Source of the DNA: Zygnema circumcarinatum SAG 698-1b
Lineage: Eukaryota; Plantae; Zygnematophyceae
Direction of reading: 5' to 3'
Assembly: GCA_037447605.1 (NCBI GenBank)
Contig: CM074804.1
Span: forward strand, 4,565,909 to 4,629,908
DNA length: 64,000 nt
Below are positions 35,892-46,766 of this stretch, piece by piece (the first letter of the stretch is position 1; every line of letters starts with the position of its first letter). The notes below the pieces were generated by a model. It ran no database searches. It worked only from the letters and a program-made list of their open reading frames with translations, and had not been told where the DNA came from. The translations under genes were made by a program, and so were the position numbers.

Positions 35892-38576
35892 CTACGAAGG
35901 CGGTCTTGGACGAAAATGATTCAATGAATTTGAGCTCCCCACATTGGCGTTGGGAGCCTGTTGGCTCCACTGGTGGGGCCATGAATGGGGGGGCGGATTA
36001 GGCTGCATCATGGCTACTTGAGGTGGGCCATACGAGGGCTGAAATGGGTGTCCAGGAAGCGGACCAGGTACGTTGAACGGACCACCCATAGGAGGCGGAC
36101 CTTGGAGTAAGGGACTGCCTACTTGCGGGCCTGGAATGTACCCCATCTGCTGAGGATGTAATCCTAAAGACTGCTGAGGAGGAGAAGGAAATCTGAAGGA
36201 AGGTGTTGGACCAACGTTAGATCCTCCATGGTGAAGCAATGCCCCTTGAGCTCCATGAAAGGCAGGGCCGGGAGGTGCAGCTTGGGCTCTGAAGACAAAT
36301 TCCTGTGCAGGCTGCGGTTGGGTAAACCATATAGGCCCACCAGGGGCTGCAGTCCACGGAGGGCCTGGATGGGAGGTGGGACCCGGAGTCAAGCCCACAG
36401 AGCCAGGCATACCTGCTGGACCTGAAGGTCTCTCATGCTGCTGCATGCTACGCATGTGTCCAGCAGGCTGGGAGAATTGGGGTCCATCAAAGGGCGAGGT
36501 TGGTGGTGCCATTAGGCCAGTGTTTGCACCGCCCATAGGCTGAGAAGGAGCCTGCAAGGCAGAAATGACGAACCCGAAAGAACGTTACATGGGCCCAAGC
36601 ATGTTAAACGAAGTATGCAGCGCCTGGATAAGCACAGCAATGCAAGCTGAGATGACACTATTCTTGACCGACCAGTGCTTCTAATGCAGGTACTTCTGCC
36701 AGGCCTACAAAACTATAAAGAGAGAGCTCACCGGGGACCCCTGATGACCTGGCATACCCCTGCCTCTTTGCATACCCCTCTGGTTCCTTCCCCGTCCACC
36801 TCCCATTGAACTATTTGAACCTCCACGCCTTCCTCCAACCCCCATGCCCAGCTGCCCCCGGCCTTTGCCTATGCTGTTTCCCCCAATATCTCCCCTCCCC
36901 GTCCCACTCTTTGCTCCATCGTGAAGGTCTCCTTTCCGTTTGCTCTCCTTCTTCATGCGTCGGGCCTCAGCTTCCTTTTCATCGTCAGAGAAGAATTCGG
37001 CTTCATCATCTCCAAGCTCTTCATCATCTGCTCCGGATGCGTCATACCCCTTCTGGCGCAGTCTGTCCATATCAATCACTAGCTTTGCATGTTCTGGGCA
37101 AAAACCTATAGCAGTCCCCAATGTCGCCTCAGAGGGGATATCGTCAGTTGAATTGAAGCGTACAATATATAGAGGAGAACGCACTGGTCCAAAGAGCTCA
37201 TCCACCAAACCAAGAACTTTGCGCTGCTGCAGTAGCCATAGCACAGAGCCCTCTTCTAGAGCCTTTCCTTCGGCTCCCGTTTGCACCACCAAAGAGGTCC
37301 CCAAAACCTGCACTCCCTCCCCAAGCAGCATTCACACGTGCAAGACTTTGATTGTTATGCTGTTGTGAATAAGGACATCCCTGATACAACTCCACACGAG
37401 TAACTCCTGGTAGATATGCAGCCAGAGACGGACTGATGACACTCAGGTATTATTGCCACCGTCTACCAAAGGAATGCTTAAAAAGTTTTAAATTTAGTCA
37501 GAAGTTTGTAGATTGCCATTTCACTTGATTTTGTGGAAAGTATAATGGAGGGAGGCTCGACGAGGGAAGCAAGAAGCTTGTGTGGGGCTTGGGAGGGAGG
37601 GTTCTCACTGCTGAGATATCGCCAAGAGGCAAGATGCGTTGACCTGGCAGTAGCTCGACGTTCACAGGAGGAACAGGGGGAAGAGCCTGCAGTCAAGCCA
37701 AAAACAAGTGAAACCCAGTCCGTATCTCCAGTTTATTAGCTTGGTACCCAGAAATGAAAGCATCCTCCAGACTAAATACATCGACACAGGTGTATTATTT
37801 ACACCATCTTCTTTGCACTCCTTTAGATTGAGCAAACGATTTGCATACCATAAGCATTTCTGTTTTCGCTATGTTAGTATCCACAGTCCTCTGGACCCCT
37901 AGTAGCCTGCAGACTTTTGTTAATTCTCGGATTAGTTGTAAAGAGCTTTCGCCGTTAAGTTCATGACGTGAGTCAACCTTAGTAGGTGGGCGGTAAATGC
38001 TGGCCAGACGAGTTGATAAGACATGCTTTCTATGTCCTTTTGTTTTTTGCAAGTGCGTTTGGTAAATGAACTAAGTGTTGTCAAAACCTTGAACGCAGAA
38101 GCAATTTTTTAAGTCCTTACATTAAGCTCATGCTTAGACCGGATTGGAGTGCTTCCATCGACGTCCTCACCATCACTTCCAGCTTCATTGTGTCGTTGCT
38201 GTTGGCTCAAACGAGTTGCTATTTGTTCGATGCTGATTCCACTACTACTGGCGCTAGCCTCGCTACTACTGCTTGACGCTTCAGAATCACTTTCAGGCAA
38301 GGGTTCACTGTCTGTTACTGTCTCCTTCATGTCTACATCTTCCTCTTCTTCGCTTTCCCCGCTGTCCTTCTCTTCCTCCTTCATTCGCGTTACCGCAGTA
38401 CCTTCCTCTACAGACAAAGAAGCATGGCTTTCCTCCTCCTTTATGCCATCTCGATCGCTCTGTTCTCTCACTAAAACCTCAGATTTGTTCAGATTCTCCT
38501 CAGTATCCTTGCTACTGGTACAAGGAAGTTCTGCCGTCTGTGTAAAAACCACCTCTTTAGGAGAAATATTATCCAT
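35892..38576 (-). CDS. NAF1: H/ACA ribonucleoprotein assembly factor NAF1
   Basis: LEEGSVLW...LGLVDELFGPVRSPLYIVRF...KGYDASGADDEE...FFSDDEKEAE (Gar1/Naf1 domain), acidic N-terminus and Pro/Gly-rich C-terminus. Start and internal exons are approximate. Confidence 0.88.
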
Positions 38577-38943
38577 GACAACTCCCTTTATTGTTCTATG
38601 ACCATCCAGCCGCCCCCTCGGCTTGTTCCAGCGGACCACCAAAAAGCTCGAAGGCGTCCGAGCGGCTGAGTACTGCGAGCAACTGATCCCGCCCTGATCC
38701 CGTTACGGCTGAGAGAGAGAGAGGGGGGGAGAGAGAGGGAGGGAGGGAGGCGGGACGGTCGCCCGCATTCCAAACGTCGTCAACTTTTCCGAACAGCCGG
38801 CCGGCTGCCGTACAGAGTGGCCGGCTAGACCCGGAAGGAGAGTTTGTCGTTTAGGACAGGTCGGAGCATTGGAAAGGCAACGTTCAATCAGGAGGCATTC
38901 AGCAGGCAATGTTCGGAAATCGCAACATTGATTCGCAACCATT

Positions 38944-39102
38944 AGGGGGTGTCAGACTTAACAAAATCTTACGAAAAGCGTTACGAAAAAAAAGGTTACG
39001 AAAGTACTCCGCCGCAGGAGGATCGCGATTATACTGGAGTACTCGTTCTGATGTCAAACTTACGAACACGCGTACTGAAATTTTTTAAGTCTGACACCCC
39101 CT
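38944..39102. mobile_element. 159-bp MITE, 18-bp perfect TIR, 3-bp ATT TSD (PIF/Harbinger-like; a TA reading is also possible)
   Basis: AGGGGGTGTCAGACTTAA ... TTAAGTCTGACACCCCCT with ATT at 38941-43 and 39103-05. Internal TTACGAA repeats. Confidence 0.85.
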
Positions 39103-39269
39103 ATTGGCATGGTTGGCAGCCAGGCAAACATTTGCAAGCAATGATTGCAACCATTGGTCAGACCATAGGATCGACAGCCATGGTTCCCGACCATTGAATC
39201 CAATGGTTCAGCGATGGCATGATTGGCTACGCCTGACGGCTTAGGTTGGAACCATCGCAATAGTTTGCG

Positions 39270-40170
39270 GCTCTTCCTTCTGATGTTGCGCGTGCTCGGC
39301 TTCGCTCTTGTGCGGGTCCTGGGGCTGGGGCTTGGTTGGCTGTTACCCCGATATTTTCCACCCTTCGTTTGACCCCAGGCCAGTTTCAGCTTGCAGCGCG
39401 ACTTCGTCTCGGGCTCCCCCATCCGCCATTGCAGGGTTCTCCTCGTTGTGTTTGTGGTGATTCGATTGATGCGCAGGGCGTTCATCTACTTCGATGTGCA
39501 CACGGGGGCGAACGCATTTTGGCTCATAATGTTGTGCGCGATGCGATTGCTGCGGTGGCTCAAGAAGCTAACTACCTTGTGCGACGGGAGCCGAGCCACC
39601 TGGTGTCCCCACGGCCGACTATTCGTGGCGAGCGCGGAGTTCGCCCTGATTTGGCTCTTATGGATGGTGCCCGGCGTATTTTTGGGGATATTGTGTTGGC
39701 CGATCCAACCCGTCGCGATTTATTGTCACGTGCAGCACATCATGAAGGCGTGGCTGCTCGCGATGCGGCCCTTCGCAAGGAGCGTGCATATGCTCACCGT
39801 GATGCAGCCGACGAGTTTGTTCCTATGGCTATTGAGATTTTTGGCTGCCTCGACACCCGTTTGGATACCTTCCTTCGCCAGTGCGCCCATCGCTCTTTCG
39901 AGATGCACGGCCCCGGAAGCCCTCCTCCGGCGATCTNNNNNNNNNNTGGTGACCGTGTTGGTGGACTTCCGCCGCTCCCTCCTCGCGACGTGCCTCACAT
40001 CGGTGACCTTCGCGGCTGCTTCTAGGGCTGCGTTGTTGTGCTTAGGCGTAGTTTTCCGCTCCTAGCTTCGTTTTATTGTGTTTCGGTCCTTTGTGACCAG
40101 TCCTTCGTGGTTCCACATTTTGCCTTTATCCATGTAAATTTGATGGCCTCGCCATCGCGAGTTCAATGAA
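39270..40170 (+). mobile_element. 5'-truncated CRE-clade-like non-LTR retrotransposon (zinc knuckle + restriction-like endonuclease), 8-bp TSD
   Basis: Open frame RARLRSCAGPGAGAWL...RLRLGLP...CVCG..D..GVHLLRC..G...HNVVRD...RPDLAL..DIVLAD...KERAY...FVPMAIEIFG is typical of RLE-type (CRE/SLACS-like) C-termini. AGTTTGCG lies at 39262-69 and 40171-78. An N gap sits at ~39937-46. Confidence 0.85.
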
Positions 40171-40943
40171 AGTTTGCGTTACGGTTCGTGACTGTTTAAT
40201 CTAATGACATGCAACCATTGGCAATGGTTGTCAACCTTGAGCCATCCAACCATCCATTCCAATATTTGATTCAATGGACCCATCTGTAGTTTTCTGAAGC
40301 CTCCTTTTCAAGCCTGTTTCGACCGACCGGCAAGCCTTGCCGCTGCCACCGAGCTCGTCGGCAACTCGGGAGGGCTCTTGCGTGTCATCCCCTACCTCTA
40401 TCCGCCTCTCCCCACCTTTCACCCACTCCCACTCCGTCTCCCTCCTCTCCGTATCACTGTCTCTCTCCGCCCCACCCCCCCCCACCCCCCCCCACCCCCC
40501 TCTTTCTCTCTATTTTTTATTGTTGGAAATGACGATGAAAGAGATGAAAATTTCAATTTGCAGGAAAGAAGGGAGAATTAAGAGTATTTAAAAGTAAAAA
40601 GTAAAAGTAAATACTTTCCATTAGACTGCGGTTCCAGCCTTAGACAAGTTCAGATTGGGAGTTTAATCATCACACGAGTGATCGCATGCATGCTAATAAA
40701 CAGGCACGAATCAGCCAGTATATATGCACTTGTGAAGCTGAAGCACTATCAGTCATACAGCTACAACTGAAAAAGATGAGAAAAACTGGTGATATGTACA
40801 ATCTTGTCAAAAGAACTCCAGTTCATTTAATTCCTGCTGCAATAAAGTTGCTTGTCACACACCACCATTGCCTCGCAAGCACAGCGAAAGGAGGTCACGT
40901 TCCATAGGTCTCTTTTTTCAAAAGGACTTCGCCTTCATTGTTT

Positions 40944-43900
40944 TCAAAAGGACTTCGCCTTCATTGAACTAAGTAACACAAATTCCCAGTAAAGACTGCT
41001 GTAAAAAGAACTAAGCACATGCCAATGAGGAGTACCGTATTGGTTCTCCTCTTTTTTAACAATGCCTTCATTCCAGGCAAGGTCATCAACCTCGACAATG
41101 TCATCCCTTAAGGCCCATGAAATGCGTGAAACAAACTGATGAATAGGGAGGGTAGGGCAGGAGGAAAAGGGCTTCCGCCTTCAATGTTACAATGGACTGC
41201 CTCCTGCCTTGGAGCATAAGGAGCCAGCCTTTTCATACTGAGGAGACGCCTGAACAAACAGGACATGTCATTCGGAATGTCTCTTCACTATACTTATCAC
41301 CATGACGTGGGCTCCCCTCGTGAGTGCCATATAAAGTTCTCCACCTTAAGATGCAGAAGGTTGCCACGTAGTTCCCGGTGAAGCACACAGTAACGTCCTG
41401 CCCGTCTCCATTTGCCATTCTTAACTAACATGTCACGTTCCATGCTGCAAGTTTAATCACACAAAAATCACAAATCAGACAGGACCGGGGGGGCTTCAGC
41501 AATTGGCGTTACTTTATAACGCAGCTGTCGTAATCATTCTTGAACATTAACAATTTAAAGGGTTTGCTCAGCCATACAGTGTTCCATGTGAGGCTGCAAA
41601 GACTTCCTTTGCGTCATTTATATAGTGAGGTAAGAAAGCCCGGCATTGAAGGTAAGGAAACTGAGGACAGACGAAAACGTGCAAATGCACAAAAGGCAAT
41701 GACTAGGATGGCACTTGGCCGATAAAAGTTTCAGGAATATTATCGACCATGGATACACTGGAGTGTCTTGCACAAGAATGAATTAGATATGTTCCCAGAT
41801 TCTTACCATTATCAGCGTTCGTGTACTAAGGGACATCAAGGTCAGTGTTGCATATTCACGGTTGACCCAGTTTCTGTCATCGCTTCTTCCACGTCCGTTT
41901 CAACCAGAGAGTCGAGTTGCTGCAAGGCAAGTCACAAGCAGAAGTTACACGAAAACCCTTTTTTCATCCCTATTCCTCCTTTCATCTTCACCTACCAGAA
42001 ACTCAACCTAAAGTTCGAGAATAGGTGGCACACTTCATCCATGCGCACCCACATGTAAGGGAAGGATTATGGCCCAAACGACTAAAAACCTGGCCAAGCA
42101 ATGGATTCTTTGTAAGCGCCTAATGAATAGTATGGGTTCATTTGCGGTAAGAAACCAGAATCTTCACTTCTAAATTACAAGGATGTTTGGAGATTGTTCA
42201 AACTGAACCTTACACTGTTTGCTTCTACCATCCAGTCAACGCAAACCAGAAGTCAGCGCTTAGCCTGAATAATCTGAACATAGACGAGGAAGGAGGAAAC
42301 GTTTCTTACCCGTACAAGACGTTGAATCCTTTGGGTTTGAGATTTCTTCAAAGGACGCACATTTTCTTCGCCCTGCTCCCATACAAAAACCGAAGATGCT
42401 GTTAAAGGTCATGTTCATTATTTACGGATGCAATGCAAAAGACATGCCAGTCGCCAACTTTCTTTACCTCCGATCCCTTCATGATCACCTCCATGACAAC
42501 ACAGCGCAATGTTAGAGAAGTCATGTGCACAAGGAGGGATTCCAGTCTAGCATATTAAGATTGGAAATACATACTGCTTCGCCAGTTACATGGCTGCTCC
42601 CCCTACTTCACACACAAGATGTTATAGCAGGGCTAGCTTATGTTTGAATGAAGCCGAGGCCTGGAATTAACACTAAAACATTCCTAGTGATCGTACCATA
42701 CCCCAGATGAAAGAGGGCATAAACATAAGCAGGAACTAGCCGCTGGACTAATAACAACATGAGTTGACTTAAGCCAGGCCTTCTCAATGCATTAAGATCG
42801 TTCTCAAATTTCTTTGCCGCAATTATCTGCGCAGTAGGCCGGCTGCCGTCTAAGGCTGACAAGCTCAACTAAAAGGTTTGAAATTTTGCTTCAAGGCATT
42901 GGGTTGCTATGTCTACTCAATGTCTAATGAAAAGCTGAGGCCTCCAAAGAATGCCGCAGCTCCTCCAACTCCAGCTTGAACATGGAGCAGTAGGATTGCG
43001 TTAATCTACTCCGACAAAGCAGCGGAAGTGCGTATGCACTCGAGGCTAATAGGGCCCTAGTTATTTAATATCTACCTCCTCTCCTACTTCAGTCATTCGT
43101 CTACCTGTCTTTATTTGAGCTCTTGGTCTTTCTTCAGTTGATGCTGCGTCACCTGTCCCTCAGCCCTGCCAGAACCATAACCAGGGTATTGAAGAAAAGT
43201 TTCGTTGGAACTCTACAAGCAGGGAGCTCTAGTACCGAACTATACATTTCTTTTCAACTTCTTATTGTTCAAGCTCCTATATTGTCCACACTTTTACCGT
43301 CAATGCTCCCACAACTTTTCACATGCCAAGATGACTGTTTACTAAAGAACGTTCATCCAAACGTATCAATTCCTGAACCTTCCGCTCATGCCCTTCCTGC
43401 TTCAACTCCTGAAGATGCCACCCCATACTTCTTATGTTTCTGATGTTTTATTGCAAGCTTGCATTCAAGTTGTATACAGCTCTTAGCTGATCTATGCATT
43501 CCCCTTGTTTAATGGAACTACTTAATGGGAAATATGAGTTAGATCACTCAGTGGAAAGCATCCTGCATCTAAGCGACCTTGCCATCCTGTACGAGCAATT
43601 CATTCATTCAATTCAATCAGCATGTGCATTTCTTCAGTACTCCATGTCTGTCTGTAAGCCGATAGGTGACTATCTCACATACTGATCTTCGGGAGGTTTC
43701 AGAAAGCTAACTTGCATGGGTCTCTTAATTGGGATGTGTTTCCAAAAAACTGCTGGAAGTGCTGAATTCTACGACGAGCCCTTACGTATGGGTTATTGCT
43801 ATCCCAGGTCAGCCCATGTTCATTTCCTGCACCGGCTTACAAACAAACAGGCCCACGGCCCCTATCACCAGCAGTAGAATGTCAAATAAAACCACAAAAT

Positions 43901-45244
43901 GGCCTTCGTGAGCGAAAGAAAAGAGTTGTAATACCTTCACCCCATCCAGCTCAAGCTGAATCTGAGTTAGCTCCTCCGAAAGGCCTGCAATCTCCTGCAC
44001 ATACAAAACATACACATGTTGAGCGTAAGAGCTCTAGCCCAGGGAAGGTCAGAAGTCCTACTTTAGCGCACAGATCCTCTAGACCTTCAATTTGAAGTTT
44101 CAGACGAGATAGCCTAAATGTATATAGATTCTCAGAACAGCTGATACAATAGTCTGCACTTTGACAAAGACAAGTGCTACACTAACTCCAAAAACTATGA
44201 ATTGCTGCTCTAAGCAGTCAACCATCCAAAAACCTGGAATGTCAATTCGTTTCCTCCTTCGTTACATTTACATGGCTTTTTTACCTTTTTATCTCCTGTA
44301 CTGGCCTCCTCTTGTGCCTTCATACGTCCTACCGTTGAAATGACTACCTTCTCTATGGCGTCCACCTGAACTTCCCACATTCATGTACAAATCACGAGAG
44401 TTACCCTCCCATAAGTGCTGAAAAAACAACATTCTTTCAACATCGTCAATAGTCAACAAATTTGCTTCCACATCGCAAGGCAAGCTGCTGGGGTTTCCAG
44501 ACTACGGTGCCAAAGCTCAAACGCAAACTTAATCACGGGCAAAACAGGTGAAAAGTTGCCAGATTACTCTGAACTTAGGTTGCAGTACCTTTTTGGCCAC
44601 CATGATTGCTTCTCCAAGAGGAGTGAGTCTTGCAACTCCGAGAGCTCTCCCTGTTCCCCGTGGCTCTGCAGATACCCTTGCTTCTGCCGCTCTGGCACGC
44701 AATGCTCGCAAGTCAGCGAGTGTTGTCGGCTTTCCTGAACTTTGCTCTCGCTGTAGCGACCTCTGATCGTTGCTGGAAACTGTTCGGTCTGTAACAAGCA
44801 GAAGACAAACAAATTAAGCAACAAAGCAAATTGTTGGAGGCGCTTGGACTTGAAGACGAGACCTTAATTGGTTCTTGTCAAACTTTGCATGCATATGATG
44901 CCTGAGACTGAAAATCAACAATGCCGAAGAGCTGGAAGCTTTCTTGTTACATTCTTGCTTGCTCTCCTTCCTGCACAAAAATAATCTCGAAACAAATTTG
45001 CAAAAAGAACTTGTGAGTTTACTAGTAACGAGACTGTAACGTCAGGAGTTAAAGTAGAGCCGCATAGAGGCATATTGAAATACTTACTAGTTCGATTTCT
45101 CTTTCTGAGAAAAAACGTCACAACAGGAACCAAGCATACGGCTGCAGCTGCGGCTATCAAGGCTCCTACTGGTACAGATTTTGGCTCCGCTCGGTCTTCG
45201 TAAGCAGGCCGCATTGTGGCTTTCATCTTCTTTCTGCTCGCCAT
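40944..45244 (-). CDS. Multi-exon gene of unknown function with N-terminal transmembrane anchor
   Basis: GT-AG exons join in frame: MASRKK...ALIAAAAAVCLVPVVTFFLRKR; NRTVSS...AIMVAKK; SGNPSS...LFFQHLWE; GNEHGLTWDSNNPYVRARRRIQHFQQFF; ...RYCVLHRELRGNLLHLKVENFIWHSRGEPTSWDDIVEVDDLAWNEG...KAKSF*. Middle exons are unresolved and the family is not recognised. Confidence 0.6.
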
Positions 45245-45568
45245 CAAGCATGGAAGGTGTGATTGACCACGGGACGAGCATACGCTTCCTCAAAAATGTG
45301 AATTGCTCCAAGGGTGAACAAGCTTTGTAAACTACCGCCTGAACAGTTCATTCGTAATAAAAGACAGGAGAAGTGAGAAAATGTGAATTGGCATTGATCT
45401 TAGGCGAGAAATGGCATAGTTTCACGGTGACACTCGCACTCGCACTCGTGCAGTGGCACTCCACATGGCAGGTGTCTCCTTAAACAGGCTGGATGGATGG
45501 ATGGGTAGGGAGTGGATGGGACAAACTGTAAATTTGGTGAGTTAATAACACGTAAAAAATCTTCACAT

Positions 45569-45649
45569 GATGATATGGCCGAGTTGGTCTAAGGCGCAGG
45601 ATTAAGGTTCCTGTCCGAAAGGGCGTGGGTTCAAATCCCACTGTCATCA
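45569..45649 (+). tRNA. tRNA-Leu (anticodon AAG)
   Basis: Acceptor stem GATGATA/TGTCATC, D-arm TGGCCGAGTTGGTCTAAGGC, anticodon stem CAGGA/TCCTG with AAG at 45604-06, long variable arm, GGTTCAAATCC T-loop, downstream T-run. Confidence 0.97.
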
Positions 45650-45988
45650 ATTGTTAATCCATGAGTTTTCTTTTGGAGTATTGTTTTTGACGTAGCACCT
45701 TGTACGTACTATTGCTGTTTTTTTTTCATTTCCATCGTGACAGTAGTCTTGAAGCCCCAAAGCATGCTCATGGTTGCACGTTTGGCATGTTTACGGTTCA
45801 TGGGTTATGGCTGAACAACTTCTGTTCCTAGTCCTTGTAGCAGCATTTATAGTATATGTGACTTATTTTCACCAATTGTAACTTTTAGAGTCGATAGAGT
45901 TTATAGAGTCGCCACTGCGAGATTAATGCCATTTCTCGTGTATACATCAGGTCGCCCGCAATTGACTATAGATGCGCGAGAAAATGGC

Positions 45989-46093
45989 ATTGAACGCACG
46001 ATGGCGGGGCCATCAAATGTAAGGGACAAAAGCAGCATGGGGAACCACGAGGAACTGGCCGCAAAGGACCTACGGATAAACGAAGAAAGCTAG
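45989..46093 (-). mobile_element. 3' fragment of the CRE-like retroelement (copy D)
   Basis: The reverse complement ctagctttcttcg...ggtcctttgcggccagttcctcgtggttcc...catttGATGGCcccGCCATCgtgcgttcaat aligns by eye with 40063-40167. Confidence 0.8.
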
Positions 46094-46766
46094 ATTGTTG
46101 CACTGTATTCTGGAATCGTGTAACGCGTGAATGCTCGCCACTGCTGCAGCTACTTGCCTAAACTTCTCCGTGCGCTTCAGGTGTTCTGGAGGTACTGTAC
46201 CGTACCGTACTTTAGCTCGGCCACTTACTGTAGTGACAACATGCGCCATACGGTCGACCCAGGGTGACTCGGTCGGTCACGCGTCAATTAGGCTGGCTTG
46301 CGATTCCGCCGCTGCATACTCCCCCAAACTGGCGAGCCTGCCGCCATGCCCTCACAAATCGAGCATCAAGCCGCGCTGCCGACACCTCACTGACTGCTAG
46401 CTGGTTCTTCACATTTGGAGGGGTGTTCCTTGTGAGCACAGTAACTGGAACTGCGATGAACAGGCCCCGTTACCGTGCAGGGTCACGGAACTAGTGGAAG
46501 GAAACGCCAAAGCCAAAGTTGCATGAGCAGGTCAAGCTGCATGAGTCTGGCTGCTGTGCAGCGAATGGGGACTGGGGAGTGTTCTTTGTCCTGCAGTACT
46601 GGTATATAGTCTGCAAGTCGTGCGTTGGTCAAGTATGTACTGTACCGGGACAGTATGACAAGGCACCGACTAAACGTACAATAGATAAGGCTGTGAAACT
46701 CACCTACTGTATGTCGTCCTCCCCTTAATTTCGTTCCTCTGCTTTGGATTTCTACTTGTTGGAAGG

